This document shows, one piece after another, positions 52,473 through 64,000 of a stretch of 64,000 nucleotides of DNA. The notes beneath the pieces are model-generated. The model worked only from the letters and a program-made list of their open reading frames with translations, was not told the origin of the DNA and did no database searches. The translations under genes were made by a program, and so were the position numbers. Each line of letters begins with the position of its first letter. The first letter of the stretch is position 1. The DNA comes from Octopus sinensis (taxonomy: Eukaryota): positions 131,688,001-131,752,000 of the forward strand of contig NC_043000.1 in the NCBI RefSeq assembly GCF_006345805.1, written 5' to 3'.

Positions 52473-53476
52473 CGTATGTGTGTGTATGTATGTATGTAAA
52501 GCTGAGTAAACTGGAGCAACGTGAAATAAAGTGCCCTGTTCTTGAGCAAGGCACTTTATTTCACGTTGCTCCAGTTCACTCAGCTGTAGAAACGAGTTGC
52601 GACGTCACTGGTGCCAAGCTGTATCGACCTTTGTCTTTCCCTTGGATAACACTGGTGGCGTGGAGAGGGGAGGCTGGTATGCATGGGCGACTGCTGGTCT
52701 TCCATAAACAACCTTGCCCGGACTTGTGTCTAGGAGGGTAACTTTCTAGGTGCAATCCCATGGTCATTCATGACCGAAGGGGGTCTTTACCCTTTATGTA
52801 TGTATGTATGTATGTATGTATGCCCTCCGTCTTCCTTTTCTCTTGGAGTTTCCTCCTTCTCCTGTTTAACGAAGAGCTTTGCTTGAAATGTAATACTATT
52901 TTTCTTTCCTTTCCTGATCGTCTGCTAAAACTTTGCATGTAACACTTACTCGCATTGTTATTTTTTCTTTTTGTGTCTGGGTATTAACTATATCTATATA
53001 TATATACAATAAAAACTAAATACAAATAGCATTTACAAATTCTAAATGCCATTTATGCTTACTTTTAATACCTAGGCTGACCAAGGACCCATTAGTAAGT
53101 CAGATATACATGCCAGGATGTAAGATGGACGTTAAATGATGATGATGATGATATTTGCCACACCCTTATTTTTTTTGATGGAGATAAACTCCAAATTTGT
53201 TCATGATATCCTATTTTGCATAATCCAAACGAAAGGAAAGAGTTTTGTCTACTTTGATAATGATAAAGCATCAAAATTCTCTAAGCTCTCAAGAGTTACT
53301 AAGAAAGGTATTTTGATAGGTTACACTAGCATAACACATATTCCAGAGAGTAGAAATAACAAACTAAAACAAAAGACAGCACCTACCCAAGGTACAGAAT
53401 GCCTTGACTTGGTAGAGCAATGAAAATACACAATAAAAATAAGACTTCTCAAATAAAAAAGAATTAATAATTTTAC

Positions 53477-53585
53477 CTGTGAAATATGATGATGCTTTAA
53501 ATTGATATAGATAACTGCTAACCAGCTGGAAATGACACCAGAACAAAGTGTATAAATAGCAGCCAACATCCAGAATCTGTAATTC
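53477..53585 (-). CDS. SLC49A4: SLC49A4-like exon NYRFWMLAAIYTLCSGVISSWLAVIYINLKHHHISQ
   Basis: GT-AG, 109 nt, phase 2 to 0; matches human [36 protein letters not shown] by eye. Confidence 0.93.
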
Positions 53586-53851
53586 CTGAAAAAGGTAAAC
53601 AAATAATAGATAAAAGACATCAGTTAGAGATATTTGTTCATGTTTAGATATAATAAAGGAGCATTGCAATACTAGTTATGGTAAAATATATAAATAAGTT
53701 ATACTGTCTGCAGTCTTAAATACTGTAAATTGGCTGGCAATTGAGCAAAGATGGCACAGGGTCTTTATTGTTGTTGAAATCAAAACAACTTCTCTTCTGC
53801 TGTTGTCACAGTAAAATATTCCCAGTACATTCTGTAAAGTGATTGGCAAAT

Positions 53852-56800
53852 CATCATCATCGTTTAACGTCCGCTTTCCATGTTGGCATGGGTTGGACGA
53901 TTTGACTGAGGACTGATGAACCAGATGGCTGCACGAGGCTCCAATCTGATCTGGCAGAGTTTTTACAGCTGGATGCCCTTCCTAATGCCAACCACTCTGA
54001 GAGTGTAACGGATGCTTTTATGTGCCACCAGCACGAGTGCCAGTCAGGCGGTACTGGCAATGGCCACGCTCAAATGGTGTTTTTTACGTGTCACCTGCAC
54101 AGGAGCCAGTCCAGCGGTACTGGCAACAACCTCGCTCAAATATTTTTTTCACATGCCTCCGGCACAAGTGCCAATAAGGCGACGCTGGTAACAATCACAC
54201 TCGAATGGTGCTTTTTACATACCACCAGCACAGAAGCCAGTCAGCTGCTCTGGCAGTGATCACACTCAAATGGTGCTCTTAGCACTCCACTAGCACAGAT
54301 GCCAGTCATCAAATTTGATTTCGATTTCACTTGCCTTAACAGGTCTTTGCAAGCAGAGTTTAGAGTTCAATGAAGGAAAGGTATGCATAAATGGGCTGGT
54401 CACACCCCTGGCATAGGCCACAGGTTATGGTCTCACTTGGCTTGTCAGGTTCTCTCAAGCACAGCATATTTCCAAAGGTCTCGGTCACTATTCATTGCTT
54501 CAGTGAGGCCTAATGTTTGAAGGTCATGCTTCACCACCTCATCCCAGGTTTTCCTGGGTCTACCTCTTTTACAGGTTCCCTCAACCGCTAGGATGTGGCA
54601 CTTTTTCACACAGCTATCCTCATCCATTCTCACCACATGACCATTCCAGTGCAGTCATCTCTCTTGCACACCACATCTGATGCTTCTTAGGTCCAACATT
54701 TCTCTCAAGGTACTTACACTCTGTTGAGTATGTACACTGACATTACACATCCATCGAAGCATACTGGCTTCATTCCTTGCAAGCTTACACATGTCCTCAG
54801 CGATCACAGCCCATGTTTCACTGCCATGTAGCATGGCTGTTCGTACACATGCGTCATACAGTCTACCTTTTACTCTGAGCGAGAGGCCCTTTGTCACCAG
54901 TAGAGGTAAGAGCTCTCTGAACTTTGCCCAGGCTATTCTTATTCTAGCAGCTACACTTTCAGCGCACTCTTCCTAGCTACTGACTTGGTCACCTAGCTAA
55001 AGAAAGCTATCAACTACTTCTAGTTTTTCTCCCTGGAATGTGGCAGAAGTTGTTCTCTGCACATTTTCAGTGTTTATTACTCCTGAGTATCTGCCACATA
55101 CAAAAACTATCTTCCCAGTTAGCCTTCCTTTGATATTGCTGCACCTCTTATGTGTCCATAGCTTTCACTTGGTGCATCTTATAGAGTTTCTACCTATGCC
55201 TTTTCTACAGATCGAGCAGGGCCATCTACCTGAAGGGATTTGTGGTTTGTCTGCCTTCCTACTTATTAGGACTTTGGTTTTAGCTAGGTTGATTCTAAGG
55301 CCCTTCAATTCTAATCCTTGTTTCCATGCTTGAAACTTCCCCTCTAGTTCTGATAGTGACTCAGCAATTATAGCAAGGTCATCAGCATAGAGGAGCTCCC
55401 AGGAGCATCCTGTCTTCAGTTACTCTGTTATTGCCTGGAGGACTATGAGAAATAAGAGGGAGCTGAGGACTGAACTTTGGTGAACACCTACCTCTACCCA
55501 GAATTCGTCACTGTACTCGTTGCCAACCCTCACCTTACTGACAGTGTCCCTGCACATGGCTTGCACAGCTCTCACTAACCATTCATCTATCCCTAGTTTC
55601 CTCACTGACCACCAGATAAGGGATCGGGGGACCCTGTCAAATGCTTTCTCCATGTCAACGAAAGCCAGGTACAGAGGTTTATCTTTGGCTAGGTATTTCT
55701 CCTGCAGCTATCTTACCAGAAATATAGCATCAGTGGTGCTTTTCCCTGGCACGAACCCAAACTGCATCTCATATAAACTGACTCTCTCCCTAATTAGTTG
55801 GGCTATGACCCTCTCTGTGGCCTTCATTACCTGATCCAACAACTTGATATCTCTGTAATTATTTGTATCTAAAGCGTCACCTTTACCTTTGTAGCAGGTG
55901 ACTATGGTGCTGCTACACCAGTCATTGGGTATGACTCCTTCATGTATCACCTGGTTAACTATACAGATGACTAGGCTATAGCCAACACCGCCAGATATTT
56001 TTAGCACCTCTGTAGTAATTCCTGATGGGTCAGGGGCTTTCCCTGTCTTCATACTCTTAATTGCTTTATCTACCAAGGTACTGTCAATTCGGATAGTTTG
56101 TCCCTCTGTTGGGCCGACATTCAGCAGACTCTCTTTCTCCCATTCATTCTTGCTATTGAGCAACCTTTCATAGTGGCATTTCCAAACCTCTCTCTTTACA
56201 GCCTCATTTAGTGCAAGTGAACCATCATCCATGCAGACACATTTTTCTACTACAACATCACAATTCTCCCCTACACACTGTCTTGCAACACGAAATATCT
56301 CAAGTCTTTTGACCTCATGGTGCAAAACATTGGCAAATTTTTTCTTATCTGCTTCCCCTCTGGCTAAATAAACCTGTCTCCTAGCTTCCCTTCTGGCAGT
56401 CTGATACAATTCCCTGCTACCACCATTCTTCCAGACCTTCCAAGCCTGTTTCTTTTCTCTAATAGCCCTGTCAACAACATTGTTCCACCACCATGTAATT
56501 TTGGGTCGCGAGGGTCAGTGGCCCTCAGTAGGTTGTCGTGTAAAAACCTACAGTTGTCTTCCACATCGTGTGAAGATATATTCCCTTCTATTTCGTCAAA
56601 GGATTCGAGTAATACGTCTCTAAATCTCTGGCCATTCACAGGATCTTTAAGCTTCCAAACACTTCTCCTCCATGCTGGTCGTCTTCTGGGCATCCATTTA
56701 GCCCTGATCCTGAAGTCGCTAACTACCAGTCTATGTTGTGGGGTACATTCTTCACCTGGGAAGGTTTTGGCATTTATAAGCAGCCATCTTTCTCTTTTAT

Positions 56801-57235
56801 TGGCGAGGATGTAGTCAATTTGGCTAGTGTGTCTGCCAGAATGGTAGGTGACTATATGACTGGCAGGTTTCCTGAAGTTAGTATTGCAAACCATAAGATT
56901 ATTTGCATCGCAGAACTCCAGCAGCCTGGTTCCCTCCTCATTGCAGGAACCAATGTACATCATGGAAGCCCCCTGTATGTTGTCCAACATATCCATTGAA
57001 GTCACCAGCCACAAAGAGAAGGTCCCTGTCATTCATCAACGAGGTAGTCTGCAAGAGGGTGTCATAAAATCGGTCTTTCTGCCCTTCAGGTAGCCCCAGC
57101 TGAGGGGCACAGGCCAAGATAATGGTTGCTAACCCATGATGAAGCACTAATCTAATCTTAGGTATTCTGTCGCATACTCTGACTACCTCGATTACCTTAT
57201 CAAATGAGCAGAGATAATGTAAGGTCAAAAGAACC
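53852..57235 (-). mobile_element. RTE-clade LINE, ~3.4 kb, 5'-truncated in the APE domain, frameshifted, (GAT)n tail
   Basis: GDFNG, QFGFVPGKSTTDAIF, EKAFDRVPR, WELLYADDL, AMLHGSETW, RGRPRKTW. Confidence 0.95.
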
Positions 57236-57311
57236 TGTTAGTCTTACTTTATTGAGGACTTAATCCTTTCTAGTGCTGGTGCCATGATAAAAAGTACTCA
57301 CTACACTCGTA

Positions 57312-58034
57312 TTGTTAAGGTTATTTCTACAGATATTCTATAGAACTCATAGCAAGCACTGACTTTTGCTACAACGTTTCATATCGAGACGTCAGATGTA
57401 ATCAGAAAATGTGATTGAAGACAAAAGTGGGTAATGAGTGTATATGCCATATTTTGGGGGTTGTTGCCCCCTTCTTCAGCACTCATCTAACCCATTCTCG
57501 CCCCTGAACACATTGCTTTTATGACCACCACATACAGTAGAGTTAAGTTATTAGATATACCAATTTAAATATCAGACGTATTCCTGGGGCTGGTATGTAA
57601 ATATTAAAGATTTGTAGGTACATGGTACTTTGTTATGCAAACACAATATACTATAAGGTATACTGTAAGGTATACTAAGTTTCCATAAGTCTGATATGTA
57701 AATTGGTATATCCATAATGAAGTACCATGTACTTACAAATCTTTAATGTTTACATACCACACCCAGGAATGCGTCTAATATGTCAGTTGGTATATCCAAT
57801 AACTTAACATCATTGTATGCGGTGGCTATATAAGCAACGAGTTAGGATGCAATAGTAGGTTAGATGAGTGCTGAAGGAGGGGCAACCCCTGAAATATGGC
57901 ATATACACTTATTACCCATTTTTGTCTTCGATCACATTGTCTGTTTACATCTGACATCTCAATATGAAACGTTGTAGCAAAAACCAGTGCTGGCAATAAT
58001 TTCCATAGAATATCTGTAGAAATAAACTTAACAA
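57312..58034. mobile_element. Large foldback element, ~320-bp inverted arms
   Basis: ttgttaaggttatttctacagatattctat.. mirrored at 58034; arms roughly 80% identical by eye. Confidence 0.85.
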
Positions 58035-58638
58035 AATAATGTAAGAACACTGCTGATGCAATAGAACGTGGTACTGACCTATGAAAGCATAGTATACCTT
58101 ATAGTATATTATATTTGCATAGCGAAGTACCACACACCAACAAATCTCTAATCAGTACACTCAGTAAAGTAGTTGATATTAAGAAGGGCAGCCAACCTTA
58201 GAAACCATACCAAATACTGGGACATGCAATTGAAATGCGGTCCTTCAACCTATCTAGGAGGGAAGTAACCCCATATAAGAACTGACCCAGATTACGATGA
58301 CCTCTCCAGCTCAAGCCAAAACAGAAAGTAGACATAAAAAGATAATAATGATGATGATGACAATAATGAGATGGTATATTACTGTTTATAGTATTACTTA
58401 CTGAATATTTAAATATTGTTCACAGGGATATACAAGTGTTGTAATCCTGATAGAGCACATGAATGTAATAATAATATTAAAGCAAGATTAATAACAGGCA
58501 TACAAAATAAGAACTATAATCTTATGGTTTATTTGTACTACTCATTCTCATGAGAATGAGTAGTACAAATAAACCATAAGAGAGTGTTATATACTCAGAA
58601 AAGAGTTAACCCATAGAAACAACTAAATAAAATCTTAC

Positions 58639-58768
58639 TTCATTAGATTCTTGATACCTTCTCTGAAGTGTAATCTTTCCATTCCTGCTGACATTGTGGG
58701 AGGTGATGGTGGTTTATTAGGAAAGTAGACAATAACCAGAAAGAAAATGACTGCAGACATTCCAAGCT
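58639..58768 (-). CDS. SLC49A4: SLC49A4-like exon (E)LGMSAVIFFLVIVYFPNKPPSPPTMSAGMERLHFREGIKNLM(K)
   Basis: GT-AG, 130 nt, phase 1 to 2; SLC49-family YFPxKPPxPP motif. Confidence 0.93.
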
Positions 58769-59644
58769 CTTCAAAATAGGATACAGAACAAAGAAACAGA
58801 GTATTATTATTTTCTTTCCATTATATTTTTTGCCGTTGTCATCGTCATTACTGAGTGAATGGTTTGAACCCAAGACTATTTCAACCGAAGTACCCACTTG
58901 GTCATGTAACTAATTTGTAACTCGTAATATACATAGCAAGGGAGACAATTCTGCTGGCAACAGTTAGCTGTTGCAGAATGAACAGAAGTGGGCAATACAC
59001 GGAGATAATGGAGACTGAAGAACTATTAGAGATGGGAAAGAATTGTCAAGATGAGATGGTGCTGGATTTAGATATATGATGGTAAGTTATATCAGCCCAT
59101 ACAGAAATGTTAATACTGATCTCTAATAAAGACACAAGGCTTCAAATTTGGGGATAGGTGTAGTTATATTAACACTAGTATATGAATAACACTTTATCCT
59201 ATCTATTCTGGAAGGATGAAAGGTAAAAAAAAGCAGGGACGGGACTTGAATGCAGGCCATAAGTAGTCTTAACTAAATACTAAAGGAATTTTATTTGACA
59301 CTCCTGTTTTTGTCAAACTATCTCTTATGGAAAGATTAATATTGATAAAGATATCAAAACAATAAAAACTATAAGGAAGTTTATTCTTGTTTAGTCCCAG
59401 GTGAAACAAGATCCAGGGCTAAACAATCAAATCACTATTGCCAATATTATTTTGTCTATTTTGTTTTGTTTTTTTAAGACAAATCTAGGACTACATTACC
59501 TGCTGTATCCTCCATTTTTGAAGAGATATAGTGTAATTTGAAGGAGATTTCTCTGCTATATCAAGCATGTCAAGCTACCATATAACAACTCCCACATTGA
59601 AGTTTATAGAAGAAGTTTATTTTTTCTTATAGAAGTTTATTTTT

Positions 59645-60058
59645 AAAGGTGGCGAGCTAGCAGAAACGTTAGCACGCCGGGCGAAATGCTTAGTAGTATT
59701 TCGTCTGCCACTACATTCTGAGTTCAAATTCCGCTGAGGTCGACTTTGCCTTTCATCTTTTCGGGGTCGATTAAATAAGTACCAGTTACGCACTGGAGTC
59801 AATATAATCGACTTAATCTGTTTGTCTGTCATTGTTTGTCCTCTGTGTTTAGCCCCTTGTGGGTAGTAAAGAAATAGGTATTTCGTCTGCCGTTATGTTC
59901 TGAGTTCAAATTCTGCCGAGGTTGACTTTGCCTTTCATCTTTCAGGGTCAATAAATTAAGTACCAGTTGCATACTGGTGTTGATGTAATCGATTTAATCC
60001 CTTTGTCTGTCCTTGTTTGTCCCCTGTATGTTTAGCCCTTTGTGGGCAATAAAGAAAT
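59645..60058 (+). mobile_element. SINE-A dimer with TSD agaagtttattttt
   Basis: Internal junction aaagaaata|ggtatttcg at ~59877. Confidence 0.9.
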
Positions 60059-60770
60059 AAAAGAAGTTTATTTTTTCTGTCTGATCACTACAGATTAAAA
60101 TTTAAGAAGTCGGGGTTCAACTCTTTTCTTTTTAATGAATCTCTTGAAGTCTTTCTTAATTATGAGAGAAAAAGAGGCCTGTCCTCAAAATGCATTGATG
60201 ATTATAGTGAGGATGGTAACAGTGGTGGTCACATCAGTAATGGTCATCATCATTGTTGTTGTCATTAGCACTGCTAATGACAATGACATCATCTCCACCA
60301 CCAGCACTATCATCATCCTCACCATCCAAACTTACAGTCATTTTTCCAAGCAAGGATTTAATGCCCAATTTTCTGTGCTGGCATGGGTTGAACAATTTGA
60401 TATCAACTGATGAGCCAGGGCTTTACACAAAGCTCCAATGTCTACTTTGGCATAGTTTCTACAGATGGATGCTCTTCCTAATGCCACCTACTGCACAGGC
60501 TATACTAGGTGATCTTTTCATGGTACTAACACTTGTGAGGTGACCAAGTACTTACAAAACAAGACCCTTCAACAGAGTTGGGTATAGTATTGAGGGATAC
60601 AAAAATACAAGAGAGGGACAGAAGCAGATGTTTTGTAAATTCAGAGATTTGCATGTATTTTGTTCGAAGAGCATACATCAATTTATTTAAGGTTTAACCC
60701 TTTAGCATTTAAACCATATCCAGCCCAAACACGCCTCCTGTTGTAAGTTCAAATATAAAGTATTTAAGTT

Positions 60771-61728
60771 CTATATAAATAAAACTGAGAATGTCTGTCT
60801 GTATGTGTGCACCACTAAAACTTGAAAACTACCCAACCAATTTCATTTAAATTTTACATATGCCTTACTTAGGGTCCATGTAGTGACATGGGCCAAAAAC
60901 ATTTTCAACTTCTTGCTTAATGCGAGCCTGGAGCAATCTTTTATCTCTTACACTATTTCAATATTACATGTCAAAAGTAAAACAATAACATCTCTATTGT
61001 AATGTGAGATACTTTCAGTTTTAATAGTGACACTATTAATACTTTCACTATGTATATATATCTTAGTTTCATTTTTATTACTTTCACTATGATATATTTA
61101 TGTATGTATATGTATGTGTACATATACATATATAGATATATATGTATATATCTTATATATTAAAAGGTAAGTTGTCTGTCTGTGTGTGCATTGTGTGAAC
61201 CACTCCTATTCCTACAATTTTCAACCGAATATCACCAAATTTGACATGTGTGCTCTCTTTGACTTAGGACGTTTTTTTCTTATAATTTATACTCGAAATT
61301 CTACGCCCCCAACATAAATGGACTACTCTCAATTCGCCTAGGATTTGGCTTGAGCCAGCTAAAAAATGTGACACACACCCACCTCGAAAAAGTCAATACT
61401 TTACTTTGTCAGCTGTGGTGAGCTCTTATAGACTGCCTGCACAGTAAAGCCAGTAGTATTCATTTGCAAGTTATGATTTGCCTTTGTTTTCATGTGAGCA
61501 CTCTTTTTCATATAATTATTCCAACTTAAACTAGCCACTTCAAAACTCTTACCCAAAAAAATACAATGATAAAATAAGTACTAGGCTTACAAAGAATAAA
61601 TCCTGTGGTCGATTTGTTCGACCAATGGTGGTGCTCCAGCATGGCCACAGTCACATGACTGAAACAAGTAAAACAATAAAAAGACTATGCCATTTTAATC
61701 CTGAGCAAAGCCAGGTATCTCTGCTAGT
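60771..61728 (-). mobile_element. Helentron-like element(s) with a nested SINE-B tail
   Basis: Reverse complement begins actagcagagatacctggctttgctc; two tatata-type 3' ends (~60771 and ~61150). Confidence 0.55.
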
Positions 61729-62215
61729 TCTAAATATAGACAATAACATCATCAAAATTAAGGCAGCGAGCTGGCAGAAGCATTAGCATGCAGGGCGAAA
61801 TGCTTAGCAGAATTTCGCCTGTCTTTATGTTCTGACTTCAAATTCTGCCAAGGTTGACTTTACCTTTCATCCTTTCGGGGTCAAAAAATTAAGTACCAGT
61901 TGTGTACTCGGGTCGATCTAATTGACTAGCCCCCTTCCTAAAAACTTCAGGCCTTGTGCCTAGAGTAGAAAAGAATAACATCATTGAAATTTCAAGCTTT
62001 ACATTTGGCAGAGTAATTTGAATGCTAAAGGGTTAAGTAAAATTCTAACACAGTTTTTTGCATAATTCTGGCTCATTTTTATAAATAGTGTCTTGAATCA
62101 CGTAATGAACACTTTATTACACTTCACAAAATGAAATTGAGAAAGAATTTTAGATAAATGACTGAAAGAATCTAGTAACAAAATTGCTTTGAAGATAAAA
62201 TATTATCATACTGAC

Positions 62216-62266
62216 CTGAATAGAGAAGGGTTCTAAGTTCAATTCTTTCTTTTTCTAACTGATCTT
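62216..62266 (-). CDS. SLC49A4: SLC49A4-like exon (E)DQLEKERIELRTLLYS, phase 1 to 1
   Basis: tttactttacag acceptor, G|gtcagt donor; aligns by eye with human ..KDRIEAVLYAE. Confidence 0.85.
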
Positions 62267-63085
62267 CTGTAAAGTAAATACTCAAATTTAATAATATATC
62301 TTTATGTTTACTTTTTACATATATGTGTAAGTGAATGTTTAGCCCTTGGTCAGCCCTGATTGAGAAGATTTATGATCAAAGACATTTCGGCCACGATATT
62401 CCCTCGTTTTAAGAGTATCTAGGACTACATTAGAAACTATTTTCTTCCCTTTTTTTTTTTAAGGCATTGAAAGATGGCTTAAAGGATATCTGATTGCTAT
62501 TTCTAACAGGTTGAGCAACTACTTTAATGCTCTTTCATTGGCCCATGATGAGTAAATGATGTATATCCAGAATGTGCTATTAAAATATTTCTACACTATC
62601 ATCATCATCATTTAACGCCCGATTTCCATTCTGGCATGGGTTGGATGGTTTGACTGAGGACTGGCAAACCAAGAGGTTGCACCAGGCTCCAATCTGATTC
62701 GGCAGATCTGGATGCCCTTCCTAACACCAACCACTCTGAGAGTGTTGTGGGTGCATTTTACGTGTCACTGGCACGGGGACCAGTCAGGTGGTACAGGCAT
62801 TGACTACCCTCAAATGGTGCTTTTTACGTGCCACCGGCACAGGAGCCAGTCAGGTAGCACTGGCATTGATACATACATCAGTGTATGTATTGATAAATAC
62901 ATCAGTGTATGTGTGTGTGCATGTGTGGGGATAGGATGGGGGTACATGTGTGTATGGGTAGTTAGGGTGTGTGTGTATGTGCATGAATGCATGCATGATG
63001 TATTGCTAGTCATATAATTTATTGTTTCCTTGTTTCAAATTTGACAGAATTTTTTAATAATTAATGTCAATATAGAGTTACTCAC

Positions 63086-63114
63086 CATAAACTGAAGAAT
63101 TTATCGCAGGGGAA
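63086..63114 (-). CDS. SLC49A4: SLC49A4-like exon, 29-nt microexon (SPAINSSVY), phase 2 to 1; upstream exons lie beyond the window
   Basis: Acceptor ttgcacttcttttatag and donor G|gtgagt; phase joins the next exon (G|AA = Glu). Confidence 0.7.
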
Positions 63115-63248
63115 CTATAAAAGAAGTGCAATAAAATTGTTTGAAATTTCAAAAAGTGAACTCATTAATATTATACAGAAAAACAACACTGTCACAAAAA
63201 GACCCTAACACATAGATAAACAATCTCATACACATATACAGTCAAATA

Positions 63249-63400
63249 CAGTAATACCTCACTTCACAAGGACCTGCTTTACAAGACTCTGGGTTTACGA
63301 TTGTTATCTTTCAAGCACAAGATTCAAATTTTGAATGAAGCGCAAAAGTTTCTCTTATCATAACAAATGCTTCTGCACATTACCAAGAAATTTATCACTG
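63249..63400 (+). mobile_element. Tigger/pogo-like MITE remnant; second copy at 51857-52030
   Basis: Both start tacagtaata(c/t)ctcactt and share caaatgcttctgca..ttaccaagaaatttat. Confidence 0.6.
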
Positions 63401-64000
63401 GTCATTTAGGACATTGTGCACTCAGACAATACTTTACACTTTTGGCCCCACTAGTGACTACTGAGCAGATATTGCAGCCCAAGCTTCTCCAGTTCACTAC
63501 ATTAAGTTTAATTCCAAAATAAGGTTATATATGTCTTAATCATTTTAAATTCCTATTCCTTTCGTGTTAGGGTGGCTGATTCTACCATACACTATATATC
63601 AAACCCTCTTAATTTTTAGTCTCTTTTCCGAGAGACATGATGCCCAAATCTTACCTCACCATGTATTGTCTGCTAATGTGAATTCAATAGCTATTAAATT
63701 TTCACTTGAACTCAATCAAATATGGAAGAATTGATACTAAAAGAGTGTTATTGATAAACAGGAAATACAATTTAATATATCTGTGTGATTAAGAAGCTTG
63801 CTTTGGGACCATGTAGTTTTGGGTTCAGTCCCACTGCATGGCATGGGACTGCTAGTAATGGGGGGAGGGGGCACTGGTTGGCTCTACACATGATGATGTC
63901 TCTGGGACCACTAACTTGGGATAACCTCAAACCCATCGAGCATGAGCAGAGAGAGAGAGAGAGAGATTTTTGAAACCTGAATTTTATATTCCGTGAAACA

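Noticed and set aside
63250-63330. Next upstream SLC49A4 exon
   Set aside because: Sequence is part of a repeat also present at 51857-52030 and shows no SLC49 similarity.

Overview
AT-rich, microsatellite- and retroposon-dense eukaryotic DNA; the SINE families and repeat landscape suggest an octopus genome (inference). Two spliced loci lie on the minus strand. (1) The 3' part of an SLC49A4/DIRC2-like MFS transporter: 8 phase-consistent GT-AG exons from 63114 to the stop at 36961, with the 5' exons beyond the window. (2) An unidentified multi-exon gene: a solid four-exon core at 3296-7253, with weaker exons up to about 30.4 kb, carrying in-frame TAA stops and so probably a unitary pseudogene. 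The rest is mariner, hAT, pogo/Tigger MITE, Helentron-like, RTE, CR1, R4/Dong-like and Tx1-like elements plus several tRNA-derived SINE families. Best leads: three young Tx1-like LINE copies, each inserted in (ATCT)n; an abundant SINE that shares that LINE's terminal ~50 nt; SINE tandem arrays whose junctions coincide with a TSD-proven insertion site inside the SINE itself; and an (AAT)n hot spot of R4/Dong-type modules. No database searches were possible; exon chains and TSDs were read by hand.
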